A stretch of DNA of 64,000 nt from Trypanosoma brucei (Eukaryota). Below the pieces are notes generated by a model that saw nothing but the letters and a program-made list of their open reading frames with translations, had not been told where the DNA came from and made no database searches. This document shows positions 32,301 to 43,411 of this stretch, one piece after another; position 1 is the stretch's first letter; every line of letters begins with the position of its first letter. The position numbers were made by a program, and so were the translations under genes. Location of the stretch: positions 3,872,001 through 3,936,000 of the forward strand of contig CH464491.1 in NCBI GenBank assembly GCA_000002445.1. Direction: 5' to 3'.

Positions 32301-35300
32301 AACAACTACTGTGCCGTTACTTTCAGTACTGCAGTGCTCTACAACCGATCCGTAGTCAATCACGCTCTTCTCATCAGACGCTCGGAAAGCACCCGCCTCC
32401 TCTGATTCTGAAGAGGAAAAATTACTTCCGTCGTTCTGAACGAGCGTATTATCGTCACTTTCAGAGCTTGCCTCGCTCTGTTGCACCACCGATCCCGTTT
32501 CCTGTTCATCCTCAACACAACTTCCTTCATCAGCATCAGTTGCATCGCGCTTCGCGAGGCTAATGATCACGTCACGTGATGGATAAGACGAGGATACGAC
32601 ATGCCGTTCATTCTTTACTTCGCAAGACCCTGCAACACTCGTAAATTCTCCAAGGGCAGAGAGGTCACGATAAATTTCCATCCATAGGCGTTGGCCATGC
32701 TCCTGCAGTCGCTCAATTGACCAAGATGCGAAAAATAGAACACTTACGAGTGGTTTCACAAAACTTAGCTCCAAAGAGGTCTCCACATCGTCTGGGTAAA
32801 GGGGCATCGGGGAAAGACATGTACGACCTGAACATCTCTCTCTCCGCACCGTACTAAAAGCACGGCCTCTTACTGCTTCTTGTGATAGCCTCTGAAGTCC
32901 GTGCCAGATGTTTTCCTCGGCAATCCATGCCATCTTACCTTTACCAGCAACATTAACGTTGGGACAGCGGCCGATTGACATTTCGAAATTTATGCAATTC
33001 ACCGACGACATCGCTGTGTAACTGGGTGCGATTCTATCATCTTTTGAAAACTCTGAAGCGATGTCGTTCAGCGCAGTGTCGTACTTTGTGGAACTACTTG
33101 GCGCACTTGACGCGTGCCTTTGGTTCAGAAGCCTCATTTGATATATTGAAAACAAAAAGAAATTGTAGTATGTGCTCTGTATCTGGGAGTCCAGGCTTAC
33201 ACGACCCTCTCCCACCCCCTGTGACAACTTTTCGCTGGAAATAAATCTATCAATGTAGTAGGCAATAGTGTTCTTATCAGCAATATCTATCATAGATGTC
33301 ACGAGGACTGCAATGAAGCGATCCCTTCCGGCACCTTCATATGCAATCCAACCACCCCATACTTCAGCAATGTAATTATCCGAAATTGAGTTTCGACATG
33401 CCTGAGTAACCTTTAACATAGTGCGAAGGCTTTCTTCTGTAGCTTCCACTTGTCGCACAAACAGAGACAGTAGCCTGAGTGCTATTTTTACTGAAACAGG
33501 GTGTATTGGAGCTGTAGATGAAACCGTGGCCCCTGCGGAAAGGATGATAGAGCTCGCCATTGTAAAGAAATTTTGCAAAAGCTGACCGGATACGTCCACG
33601 TTATCCCTTTGCATTCGTGTTGCGTTGAGAAGGAGGTAAAACCAACGAGCAAACCCATCCTCGCCACTTGTATCATTTATAAGCAGTTCTCCACAGAGCA
33701 ACTGCAGTAGCGCCTTCGCCTTGGAACGAACGATCGGATCAAAAACAGGTCCAACGGAAGACTCTTCGTACGAATACATCAATGCGTAAAAGATTAAGGA
33801 GCTGTTGGTTACTATCATTTTGTTCACGCCGTCGCAGCTTGTGCCGCTTCCCAGCAAACTTGCACGTGCGTCTGAGCTAGCATCAGAACGCGTTTGGTAG
33901 GATATACGCTTTACACAAACCCTCGGTGACGTCACCGTCCGCTCTAGACGACCCCACAGAACTGAAAAGGCAGTTACCATTATGGAGAACAGTGACCTGT
34001 GAACTGGGCTATCAACTGGCTCTTGGTGAAGCACACGACGCATTGATTCCCATGATGAAGCGTCAGCGACTAGAAGCGTCACCGCGATATTGAAGATACA
34101 CGGCATGTCACCCTCGAGGTTGGTGTTATTTGGCGGTAGAGCGTGCTGCAACCACTTCAGGAAATTCTCTGAAAAACTGTTTGCAATACTGGCTACGGTC
34201 GCACTCGGAGAGCCCCCTGTAAGTTGCTCCATTGATAATATAACCGTTTGCAAAGCAAGAACACCCTTCTCCATGGCAACTAGAACATTCGGATGCAACT
34301 GCGCCTCGGGGTTGTCATCGACTTGCAAAGGGTTTATGTCGAGAAACCACTGAACCTGATGTGTCAGGCTGTAAAATACTTTGAGAAGCAATATGCTCTT
34401 TAGTTGTGTTTCCAGGTACTTCGTTTCCTTTGAAAATATCAATGTCACCAAGTCGTAAAACAAACCACGAAGGAAAATAATGGTCATCGCTCCCCCAACT
34501 GTGTTACGGCTGAAAGAAGCCCTCAACTCATCACCGTTGTTCGTAGCTGGAAGACTCCGTGACAGCGCAAGCCAAGAGCGCGCGGCCACTCCATTTCCCT
34601 CGTCGAGTATTTGAAACAGAGTTTCTGCCTGAAGCTCTTGTTGTTCTTCAATGTTCTCACCAGCTTCAAACAGGCGTGTGTTACCAAGCAACAGAAAATC
34701 AATAGTCCCAACAATAATCTTCTCCATTTGCGTACGCTGTATGGCTAATTTCTCCTGCTCACGGCTTGGAATAATGGGAGGTTTTACAAAGAAGCGGCGA
34801 CCCACAACCACAAGGGTTGGCAAGAAAACAGATAAACACGCCCAGGCCTTATGTTCCGCATCCTTCGCTGAGTGGCTACAGTTGCATTTGTACAGGATAT
34901 CTCGAAGGCTCTTGATGAGGGGATGGTTACTGTCCATCACACCAGGAAAGGTAACGAGTGGCGTGTCCCGTGTCCATGTGTATTCAAGTGGTCCAAGATG
35001 AAGAAACTGCAAAACATCAAAAAAGGAGAACGTGGTAGTAGAACTCACTCCATACGTGATCAAGGGCACTGTGATGTCATCCATCAACTTGTTGTATTCC
35101 GCATATCGACTAATAATTTGCCACGTTACTTCTTTGTAGTCATCAAAATTACCCACAATCGTAGTATTTCCGCCATGCCGGTGCCCGGGTCGATTACGCT
35201 CGCCTCCAGCTGTCACGCGATTTGCATCCGGTAGGCTTTTGGTGTTATCGACAGATAATATCAAGAACCTCAAAACATAGCAAGACCTCCACAGAGGTAG

Positions 35301-38300
35301 TTTTCCCTCCATGTGGAGTTTCAAACCACGTTGGACTATTTCCCCTGCAAGGGCACACGTCACGCGCACAAGCGCGGAGCCAGGGTAGTAACAGTGGGTT
35401 GCGAGAACAAGTGCTAACGCAGACACGAATATGAGGAGATATGCCTCACTATCCGCCATCATGCAGCGGTCGCCAAGTGGAGTTGAGACCAGCGGGCTCC
35501 CCGAGTTGTTCACACGAATGTGCATTTCAACATCCGCAGGCGTCCCGCGTGAGGATTCTACTACACCTATATGCGTCCGGAATGACCTCTCTTCCACATA
35601 TCCCATTCCCTTTTGGTGCCTTTCAGACTTAGGATGCCAGCTGGTACTTGCGGGAAATGGGATGTAAGACTCCTCCAGTGATAAGTACATATCTTCGAAG
35701 CTTTCACCAACCTCCTTTAGAACCTCAGAAGCCGTGAATCGTTGATTCTGTGCTCCTTCGTGGCCATGAGTTCCCAACCTCATCCCAGCAGAAGTCCCGG
35801 GAGCATTGTGAGTCCTTCCAACAGCATCCTCATTCGTTGAGAGTTGGTCCCCACAATGGACGCGCTGCAGAGACAGTAGAGAAGCTAATATGTCCAACTG
35901 CAGGAGCGCCTGCTGCCGCACAGTGCGGCGAGTGTGACCAAGTAGAATGATAGCTAACCCTTCAAGTGCGTCCATGAGCGTTGTGCCTTCAAGTGCCCTC
36001 ACTACATACCAACCCTCTGATTCCGGCGAAGAAGAGCATGCTTCCAGTTGGTCAACATTTATGTTCATGGGTATTAACAGCCAATTCCATTTGTCTCTGC
36101 GTGAACCTACAGCACAGTTAAATGCCCCCACCTCTGCCCCCGCGGAAAAAAAATCCCATCGACGACCCAACTGAGGTGAATCCTTGACATCATCATGAGC
36201 CGTTCGCACGTACATGTCGTTGAGGGTTATGTACTCCATTTCGTCTCTAAGCTCTAGCAGGTGTGAAGTAAGATACTTCACCAACTCTTCCACACGCCCA
36301 TTATCTTCACTAACAAGTACGTCGATAACACTCTCAGCCAGCCTGTATATCGCGAAGGCACAACTACAAAGGCTTCGCCTCCCGTAACTACTCCCGTTGC
36401 TATTGTTTCCGCTCTTCAGGTAAAGCGGCAACACCACACGAGCAACGGCCTCCTTGAGTTGTGAGTCTGCGCCCACAAGAAGTTTCGGTAGCGTGAGGCT
36501 TCTATCGAGCATAGCGCATGCAGAAGTGAAAAAACCAGCGACAATAAGAACACTAACAAGTTGAAGCTTGAATTCGCTTGTACCGTTCATCGAACTCTCC
36601 TGCGCAGCATCATTTAGGTACTCAAAGGCTGCCTTACGTATATCGTTAATAGCGGTTCGTATGTTGTTCGTAAACTTTATAAAAGTAAGCAAATTTTTCA
36701 AGTGACCTTCGTGCCAAAGTGCAGTGGGTCCTTCGACCGTAGTGACGACATAGTTATAGCACGAACCGCGGTAAAATATCATTCCCATAATCTTACTTCG
36801 AATCTGTGTTTTTGTATCGGTAAAATCGTCATACAGCTCGTCAACAGTGTTGTGATACCCACAATTTAAATTACATGCAAGTACAGCGTTCTTAGTGCCA
36901 TTTTTCTTCTCAGACATCTTTGAGTCCACTGAAAAGTACTTCAACTCACAGAGCGCAGAGAGCGCGCGCATGGCAATGAGTTGGCCGTAGCAGATGGTCG
37001 GACCCTTTACACTTTTTACAGACCCTCTTGTTTTGTTCCTGCAATCGAGCAACCTTAACAGCCAACCTGTTGCTTTGAGGTAGAAGTGTTCCTGCTGCAG
37101 GCAAAACAATAACAAATCTGATGCCGCCATAATGCACGCCGGAGCACCAGTGCCTTCCCGCCACTTTTCGTTGTGTAGGTCCTTCACCAACATCTTTTCC
37201 GTATAGTAAAGAAAGCACTCGGTGCAGCTCTTTACATCTTCAGCCAATGCCGTCGCGTTTCTTAGGTGCAGATCAACAAGTAGCCCACCAACGTGTAACG
37301 TGGAGTAAAGAATGGAGCTTCTGTCTATATTATCAACCGAAGAGAACAAATTTCTCAATGTCTTCAAAAAGCTCGGCATTTTTTTCAAAAGAGATGCTGG
37401 GGACACACAACCCAGCATCGCGGCAACGGAAATAGCATACCACATGGAATATTTGCACTTTCGCCAGGAGTCTAATTCGCCTAGCAGCATCTCGGATATC
37501 GGTTGCCCCGAAGAACCCACCAACTGATCATGTATTTTGGTATTGCCGTTGTCTGGTACAGGTTGCGGAAACAAACAACCCAAAAGTAGCAATGTGACGA
37601 CACCACGTAGTCGCTTCTCCTTCTTCGCATGTGGCAGTATCTTCTTCACAAGAACGAGTAATACTACAAGTGAATCCACGCTACCTGGACCATTGTGAAA
37701 AATGTGGCACATATATAGTGCGTCGAAGAAAACAGTAACAAACATACTTTCCACGGCTTTTGTTCCTTTTGAGGCCTCAACCGACTTCAGGGATGAGCAT
37801 TTGCTGAATAATTCCGTCGCTAAGTCTTGAAATCGAGTAGATAGAAACGATGGCAGCTTTCCACTCAAAATGATTGGGAGACCCCCCACCTGTGCGTCAT
37901 TAGTCAAAGAAGTTCTACCACCCCTAGTTTTTTCAGACCAGTTGCGGTGAAAGTGCCAAAGGCATTCCAAGTCCTGCACAAGTACCTGACGGTTTGCTTG
38001 AGGAATACCCGACCTCACCCTACTTACAATATCATCCCACCTCACACTTTCCCAAGTTTCGCACGAGAGACGTGCTTCCTTCAGCAACGAAACACAAAGA
38101 CGCACCGAACTCATACAGTGCCCTCTAACAGCTTGCTCATCAATTTGAGATAAAAGGTCGTAGCAAGAGCTAGAGAGCAAGGAATAGTACACACGTGACG
38201 GTGACACAATGCTGCAACCTGCACTCTGTAGTACCGCATGGTAATGGGCCTCCAATTTCACTGCAAGATCGTGTGTCAGGAAAAACACCGGTGGGAGAAG

Positions 38301-39251
38301 TGACAACTGTGAACCGTAATCATTTTTATTGGCGCCGGAAGCATCCGCGTCGCTGCACAAAAGTCGACATGAATAAAGCAATCCACCTGCACACACGGCA
38401 GAAGCATTGTGTGCGTCAAGTACGACAGAGACACTCAACGCCCACACCAACTCAACCACACTGGCCAATAAATGAGCCTCACTCCAATCCCATTGTGCAG
38501 ATGCACCACTTGTCACGTGCGAGTCTACTGCAACCATGGACCTGGTTAGAGATCCTGGTGGGCATGTTTTCCTTAATCGTGTACAGAGTTTCGAGATTGA
38601 GTCCTTGATAGCCGCCACGACGTTTTCATGCAACACGTCTAGGAGGGAAACCGGGATGTTTCCCAATGTCCCCAGTGCCTCGTTATTGGGGACAGAAGAA
38701 GAAGGCCCTGTGGTTCCACTCATGCGTTTGAAGTCAAGAATATTGGCCATGAAAGTGTTTCGTACCATCGTGAGCTGCGCTACAACATCACTAGTTGTCA
38801 ATCGCCACCGCATGTGTGTAGAGTCCGCAGATTTTGTTTCTTCTAAAGAGGGAGCACAATATCTCCCCTTCACTATGTGAGTCCACTGAGCCAAATCCTC
38901 TCCAGCCAACCTCGTCAGCTCCGCCATCGCTGTCCCACGCAAGGGCAACCTTGACTCGGTATCATCGCTATCTTTATCAAGTAGGACAGCGTTATTATGG
39001 TTCCCCCTTTTCTTCAGCAGAAATTCGATGAGAGTTTTCTTCTCCCTGGAGTTGGATCTAAACATTTGGTTAATTGAATCATTGATATGAAGTCCATCGA
39101 CACGGACGAGAAATGCATACACAATATTGGCATATGATATACCAAAGTGCTCCGGATGACTCATATGACCCTCAAAACGACAGCTAATATAGAATGAAAG
39201 GGTACCACACAATTGCCTCCTCTCCTCTTTCAAACGTCCCTTCTTCCTCAC
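29352..39251 (-). CDS. giant hypothetical protein (3299 aa), largely alpha-helical/repeat-like with no catalytic motif recognised
   Basis: Uninterrupted 9.9-kb minus-strand ORF. No P-loop, kinase, HECT, BEACH or Sec7 signatures were seen by eye. The C-terminal ~250 aa are acidic/Ser-rich and low-complexity. Confidence 0.7.
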   Translation of the reverse strand: MRKKGRLKEERRQLCGTLSFYISCRFEGHMSHPEHFGISYANIVYAFLVRVDGLHINDSINQMFRSNSREKKTLIEFLLKKRGNHNNAVLLDKDSDDTESRLPLRGTAMAELTRLAGEDLAQWTHIVKGRYCAPSLEETKSADSTHMRWRLTTSDVVAQLTMVRNTFMANILDFKRMSGTTGPSSSVPNNEALGTLGNIPVSLLDVLHENVVAAIKDSISKLCTRLRKTCPPGSLTRSMVAVDSHVTSGASAQWDWSEAHLLASVVELVWALSVSVVLDAHNASAVCAGGLLYSCRLLCSDADASGANKNDYGSQLSLLPPVFFLTHDLAVKLEAHYHAVLQSAGCSIVSPSRVYYSLLSSSCYDLLSQIDEQAVRGHCMSSVRLCVSLLKEARLSCETWESVRWDDIVSRVRSGIPQANRQVLVQDLECLWHFHRNWSEKTRGGRTSLTNDAQVGGLPIILSGKLPSFLSTRFQDLATELFSKCSSLKSVEASKGTKAVESMFVTVFFDALYMCHIFHNGPGSVDSLVVLLVLVKKILPHAKKEKRLRGVVTLLLLGCLFPQPVPDNGNTKIHDQLVGSSGQPISEMLLGELDSWRKCKYSMWYAISVAAMLGCVSPASLLKKMPSFLKTLRNLFSSVDNIDRSSILYSTLHVGGLLVDLHLRNATALAEDVKSCTECFLYYTEKMLVKDLHNEKWREGTGAPACIMAASDLLLFCLQQEHFYLKATGWLLRLLDCRNKTRGSVKSVKGPTICYGQLIAMRALSALCELKYFSVDSKMSEKKNGTKNAVLACNLNCGYHNTVDELYDDFTDTKTQIRSKIMGMIFYRGSCYNYVVTTVEGPTALWHEGHLKNLLTFIKFTNNIRTAINDIRKAAFEYLNDAAQESSMNGTSEFKLQLVSVLIVAGFFTSACAMLDRSLTLPKLLVGADSQLKEAVARVVLPLYLKSGNNSNGSSYGRRSLCSCAFAIYRLAESVIDVLVSEDNGRVEELVKYLTSHLLELRDEMEYITLNDMYVRTAHDDVKDSPQLGRRWDFFSAGAEVGAFNCAVGSRRDKWNWLLIPMNINVDQLEACSSSPESEGWYVVRALEGTTLMDALEGLAIILLGHTRRTVRQQALLQLDILASLLSLQRVHCGDQLSTNEDAVGRTHNAPGTSAGMRLGTHGHEGAQNQRFTASEVLKEVGESFEDMYLSLEESYIPFPASTSWHPKSERHQKGMGYVEERSFRTHIGVVESSRGTPADVEMHIRVNNSGSPLVSTPLGDRCMMADSEAYLLIFVSALALVLATHCYYPGSALVRVTCALAGEIVQRGLKLHMEGKLPLWRSCYVLRFLILSVDNTKSLPDANRVTAGGERNRPGHRHGGNTTIVGNFDDYKEVTWQIISRYAEYNKLMDDITVPLITYGVSSTTTFSFFDVLQFLHLGPLEYTWTRDTPLVTFPGVMDSNHPLIKSLRDILYKCNCSHSAKDAEHKAWACLSVFLPTLVVVGRRFFVKPPIIPSREQEKLAIQRTQMEKIIVGTIDFLLLGNTRLFEAGENIEEQQELQAETLFQILDEGNGVAARSWLALSRSLPATNNGDELRASFSRNTVGGAMTIIFLRGLFYDLVTLIFSKETKYLETQLKSILLLKVFYSLTHQVQWFLDINPLQVDDNPEAQLHPNVLVAMEKGVLALQTVILSMEQLTGGSPSATVASIANSFSENFLKWLQHALPPNNTNLEGDMPCIFNIAVTLLVADASSWESMRRVLHQEPVDSPVHRSLFSIMVTAFSVLWGRLERTVTSPRVCVKRISYQTRSDASSDARASLLGSGTSCDGVNKMIVTNSSLIFYALMYSYEESSVGPVFDPIVRSKAKALLQLLCGELLINDTSGEDGFARWFYLLLNATRMQRDNVDVSGQLLQNFFTMASSIILSAGATVSSTAPIHPVSVKIALRLLSLFVRQVEATEESLRTMLKVTQACRNSISDNYIAEVWGGWIAYEGAGRDRFIAVLVTSMIDIADKNTIAYYIDRFISSEKLSQGVGEGRVSLDSQIQSTYYNFFLFSIYQMRLLNQRHASSAPSSSTKYDTALNDIASEFSKDDRIAPSYTAMSSVNCINFEMSIGRCPNVNVAGKGKMAWIAEENIWHGLQRLSQEAVRGRAFSTVRRERCSGRTCLSPMPLYPDDVETSLELSFVKPLVSVLFFASWSIERLQEHGQRLWMEIYRDLSALGEFTSVAGSCEVKNERHVVSSSYPSRDVIISLAKRDATDADEGSCVEDEQETGSVVQQSEASSESDDNTLVQNDGSNFSSSESEEAGAFRASDEKSVIDYGSVVEHCSTESNGTVVVHGGTHTTFAAERTITVEKDDKQSEERKRRDHLKRKKDIYRVAHRDYLTLHIHFSCMLLAHLSSGVLHRSDERDEPGSRFYVVDLAFKVLEKLLKGTVTDPTYRAPNSTKYWLELTLTRLRHRDLMMAQKGNEMQQIWECWDTLLLEESLVFGDSKLNENHAHSPSSTVDIVFAELFMGITGHGRNVFGRRFLQRCLHDSSKWLTQGFMMENRAWQRRHQVHSHISLLCMKVIRSISTCLSLSTENLLVGCGSRHLWVEKMSMQLAEANLLRHLLAVLSDRVGANSTVQSGANPQHIVTNKRYVPCIPVITTLACLLRDITIHEILYSSESQKQGMDRTKPEVLAIATPFGSNSSFPSSYLVSCFWAGFALLFASDAWSSVCDLLTVFHRHGCLKFLNVIPKPPPCSSGTFQLTVLPECAAVQLVLLQQGRLTAKQKRDNDELRSTIGRNYKHNTAVVLKYLSEFSQDNSGSAALLAFSELVLLCDWVSLNLAGFSPEVLKTLHVEESKSRENSTTNLVRSNADLGGPPVYSLWDCLGLFGETWKQSLVVFSGGSGSSLKNLSLRMKYVLDELFRVCSEVFNVPSVEMLLSRVDLSKQNGVHPGRSFSGPGLDDIDVCSLHSCTDTADDRCCLCEDNVLSFQQYFEILVVLPFMSLFRSHHTPFPMWSKLLSFVSALLWYHERGHTYITDLLLKFLPDLETALDDVTMQNALVDVNEVPLVDRLLVSVIAEEVLAKAECLKACRPAKQKNLVYDSRRHPLPLVSLIDNEQVITDIVKYLVDSFSTSLGSSAVNLHQLSAVSLGSENATACRYHSTSNRTKGTDGEGMVNTDGKSAGEERSYLDCENVDRQEPDEQTEEACPTAGQFSEQSSDCYQESESGLGTRSHRFGAFVYETLPHAVGPSHQLHQLPIENYCCYVGNTSVDPPKADDEGEQADTNNSGQLLATYGDDTRTQSACDADTISRTSGRYSASSVSVDVDECSG

Positions 39252-40126
39252 GGTATATTATTTAAAACCTCTACCTGCTGTTGGTGTCTTTACAATCTTT
39301 CCCCCTCCGTATCGCAACCGGACGGCGGTGAGCGATATCTCCCCCTGCTCACTCTTCACACTTTAACTTCTTCTCACCGAAAATAAGAAAAAAGGAACGA
39401 CGACTCTCCCTGAGAGAAAATTTATATAATATGAGATTCTTTTTCACGGTGAATCGTCTTCCGGCTACTAGCCGTGATGCATGAAACTTACATGCAACGA
39501 ACAAAAATACTTCACCTAACCTAGAGTTCTCTGTTGTCTCAGCCAATTTCCTACCTTTCCGTGGTAGCGCCGTATCACTCCGCTCTATATTTACTTCTTT
39601 ATAGCACTTGATGAAATACTTAACCGACGCTTCCTTTTATTTATCACGTTCGACTTGTTTTCCCCTTCTCTCGTGAGTGCGGAGCCAATGACGAAGATCA
39701 GTTGTTGTTGTTTTTTTTTTTTAATATGCTTTCTCTCGTGAGTTTTCACGCACACTACGTGTAAAAACAAGGAAATTTCTCATAGAAGAACAGATGAAAA
39801 AAAAAAAAGAAACGATAAAATTCGATACGAATATGACAATTAACATTAAAAAAAAAGAAGCAGATGATAATGTTCTCTTTTCACTGGGCAACAGAGATAC
39901 CAAAAAGCAAAAAAATATATACGGAAGAAAAGGCACAATCCACGGGGAAACGACGCAACGACTTGTGAACATAAAAAGAAACATCACACGAAAAATCATT
40001 CGGTCGCTTTCCCCCGATTTAACACCCCTCCTACTCACGCACTAACTCAATTGCACCCAACTAATCCTAAATATTTCATTTTATTGTAACGCATTGCTTA
40101 CATACTCTTCATTCATTTTTTTTTTT

Positions 40127-40146
40127 TCTCTCTCTCTCTCTCTCCT
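40127..40146. repeat. (TC)n microsatellite preceded by T12
   Basis: 'ttttttttttttctctctctctctctctc', intergenic. Confidence 0.9.
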
Positions 40147-40955
40147 TACAACTTCCTTTTTCTCCATATTTATTCTTTTCTCTCCACCTCTATGGGTCCC
40201 TCTTGCGTTGTCTCGACACTTCCCACAAGTTCTTTCGGTCATCACCCGTCATGTTGCCACTTTGAGGGCAATCAAGTAAACACATACATGCTCGATGACA
40301 TGTAATGTACGCAACTGCACACAACAGGAAGGAGAACAACGCAAGGAAAAAAGGGGGAAAACAACAACAATAACAACAAAAAACAAAACCAAAAAAATAC
40401 ACCTCCCCGAGTGCGTGACGGCGCAGTCCGCACTAATAATACGGCAACAGACACACACGCACACATTATTTCTGCCTTTAAAACAAGAAAATAAAATACA
40501 CAGAAGGGGATATATTGATGTATAAGGTGTTACGCGGGCGGTGACAGCTAAATGTAAACCACACAAAACATATTTACACCTCAAAACCTCAGGTCCGCTA
40601 CCCTCATTTGTAAACATGTGGCAGGCCGCAGAGATGTTGATTAATGGAGGGTCCACTCTTTCTTTTTCTTCCTCTTCATTCAAGCCTCATCCACATGTAA
40701 ATACAGTCCCTTCCCCCCTCTCTTTACCTTTGATGTTGAAATAACCGAAACAAATTTGTTAAATGACAGAAAAAGGAAAACAAAAAAAGAGGGGGTGAGG
40801 AGGAAACAAAAAAAAAATTAAAAAACATAAACGAGAGGGAGGGGAATACACATACAATAGCAGGTAAGAAAAAGAATTTGAGCCTCAACTACGGTAACAA
40901 AGGTGAATCATATGCGCAAATTTGCCTACATGTCCCCCAGAATATTACCTGAGCT

Positions 40956-42941
40956 TTACACATACACGTTAAACGGTGCTTTTGCCCACGATGAAGTTGT
41001 TGCGGCGGGTTTCACAGTTTTCTTTGGTGGCGTATAAAGGCGGTCGTAAACGCTTTTCTTTTGACGGAAATTACTGCCCTCCCCAGACGAGATGCTGTTG
41101 TCACCATTCATTTCCACATGAGCGTGAGTATTCATGCGACCATACGGTAGAATTTTATGGTCAACGATGTTATCCAAAGGTGATGGGACTGTTGATGTAG
41201 TGGAAACACGTGCATAATGCTCGTGCACTCCCTTGCGACGGGGTGTGCGTTCGCCATTTCTCTCCGAGCCGAATAATTTTTTTGAAACCATGAACCCCTC
41301 CTTGCCATCATTAAAAGAGCTTGAGGGGGTTTTGTCTAGCAGAATGCTCAACTCCTCGTTTAAGTTCGGCTCCTCATATTGCCGCACATCCGTATGTTTG
41401 CTCATTCCGTTAGAGCGTGTGCCAACCTGCTCATGTGGTTTCACACCCGACTTACCGGACGGTGTAATGGATGGAGAAGAGGTGGATGACGAGGGCGCGC
41501 CCACTTTGGCACGGGCCCGCTGTTTTTTCTTCAAAATGGACCGTTCGAGCATACTCTGAGCATTTGTAGATAGGCTCAAGAGGTTGAGTATAAAGGAATA
41601 ATCCGTACCGTTCCGCTGCAGAACAGAAAACGCTTCGTGGTGCCGCAGCTTCATCAGTTGTTTCAGCAGAGTTGCCACTTCAGCCTCCTCAAACGATGAG
41701 TTGGTATACCACATGGTTTCCCCACCTGAAACGGACGAAGATTCGGGAAACTGAGTTGCCGACGAGGGCATCTTAGCCCGTCGGCGACGCAATAAAATTT
41801 TCTCGACGGCTTCCGCCACTCTCACACATTGTGGTGAGCCATTTAAGTCATCAGCATTATCTTTATCCTCACTGTCGTCATCATCGCTCGAAAGTATTGT
41901 AAACTGGTGAAATTGGTTTTCATATTTTGTGGCTTTGCCTTCGGCGGGACACCATATGATGATGGCCTCCCTCTCGTCCATCGCAAAGCGCCCGATCTTC
42001 GAATAGCGACCGCGCTCACCCCTCAATAGACAAAAGACCTCCTGCTGCAACCGGCTGAGATGCGTTAAACGTTTGTCTTGAGGTGACCGTGCTGTGAGAA
42101 GTGGTGGTGCAAGTTCTGGTATCTTTCTTGTCTTCAGTATGTGGCACAAGACACTGCGAGGGAGCTCTGTCAGGAAGTTATAAAGTTCAAGCCACTCTTT
42201 TGGATCAACTTCCGGGTTTTGTACTGCCTCGATAAGTTCCATCAGCTCCCTTGCGACTCCGCCATCCAACGCTGGAGAAAGAAGAAATGACGGCAACTTC
42301 TCTCCACCAAGCAATGAGTAGCCGAGGCATAAGTCAACATCTTGCGACAAAGGTGAAGGTGTTTCCTTGCCCTGCCGTGGAATGGGGCTAATGCATCGAA
42401 GAGCATCAGTACTCACCATTTGCACGAGTGCATCATTTTCGTTAACCACTCGAAACGCGGCATCGGTTGTTTGTGTTCCCCGCTCCCGCCTCTGTGGGGT
42501 CTCGTTCATGTAAGGAGCTGTGGCAGTGGAGGGTCGCCGTGATCTTGCGGCACTGTTCAAACCACTTCCGCTAATGCGAGTAAGCCAGTGAGGATGCCTG
42601 GCGGGAGTGTTCTCGCCATTTGTGCGGGATTCCTGCGGATGAGCAGATGGCTCATGTTTACTACTGAATGTATTGTTACTTGTTGCTGTGAGGCCATTTG
42701 TACGCTCGGGTCTTGAAGACACGACGCTTCGGGAGCCCTCGCTCCGGCACGCTGCTGTTCCGGGTGTACTTCCGCTACGGTATTTATTTGGTACGGGCCG
42801 AGGAGGGGACGCGCGGGTTCCACGTGGCCGGTGAAGTCCTCGACTGCGGCGCGGTGACGAGTTTTGTATGTACAAAAAGAAAACCACCGAGACGATACTT
42901 AGTCCCGCCCACGCTAGTTTTTCCCTATCCATTGAAAACAC
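40956..42941 (-). CDS. hypothetical protein with N-terminal signal-anchor/TM segment (661 aa)
   Basis: N-terminus 'LAWAGLSIVSVVFFLYIQ' is hydrophobic and the rest is Ser/Arg/Pro-rich with no recognisable domain. Same orientation as neighbours. Confidence 0.5.
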   Translation of the reverse strand: MFSMDREKLAWAGLSIVSVVFFLYIQNSSPRRSRGLHRPRGTRASPPRPVPNKYRSGSTPGTAACRSEGSRSVVSSRPERTNGLTATSNNTFSSKHEPSAHPQESRTNGENTPARHPHWLTRISGSGLNSAARSRRPSTATAPYMNETPQRRERGTQTTDAAFRVVNENDALVQMVSTDALRCISPIPRQGKETPSPLSQDVDLCLGYSLLGGEKLPSFLLSPALDGGVARELMELIEAVQNPEVDPKEWLELYNFLTELPRSVLCHILKTRKIPELAPPLLTARSPQDKRLTHLSRLQQEVFCLLRGERGRYSKIGRFAMDEREAIIIWCPAEGKATKYENQFHQFTILSSDDDDSEDKDNADDLNGSPQCVRVAEAVEKILLRRRRAKMPSSATQFPESSSVSGGETMWYTNSSFEEAEVATLLKQLMKLRHHEAFSVLQRNGTDYSFILNLLSLSTNAQSMLERSILKKKQRARAKVGAPSSSTSSPSITPSGKSGVKPHEQVGTRSNGMSKHTDVRQYEEPNLNEELSILLDKTPSSSFNDGKEGFMVSKKLFGSERNGERTPRRKGVHEHYARVSTTSTVPSPLDNIVDHKILPYGRMNTHAHVEMNGDNSISSGEGSNFRQKKSVYDRLYTPPKKTVKPAATTSSWAKAPFNVYV

Positions 42942-43411
42942 ACAAACGAAATATCACAACAATTCTATGATTACAGTTTTATTAATCTATGGTTATTGAT
43001 ACGTGCGTTTCTTTTATGTGAAGAAAACGCTTAACGAGGAAGTATTGCTTTTAAGAAAGCTCTACTATCCTCTCTGCTGCTCCTTACCAGTACGCACCAG
43101 CTGTTGACTCAAACAGCTTACCAAAGTCTGAATAGCTGCGGTGCGTAAACCCTTGTGGCATAAAAAAAAAGGGGGGCAAAGAGAATGGGAGAAAAAGAGA
43201 CAAAAATGCACAAACGGCCAGACTACCTCGGCGCACAAATACTAGGTAACAATTATATTGCGGTACCCTCTTTGGTCTTTTTTTTTTTTACCGCAAAGTA
43301 AATATGTTAAAAAGATATTTGGAATCTTCAGGAAAACGTGAATCGTTCCCCCTCAAAAAATAAAAAAACATGGGACGTACAACCACAACTCATGATACGA
43401 TACGTGAGAAC

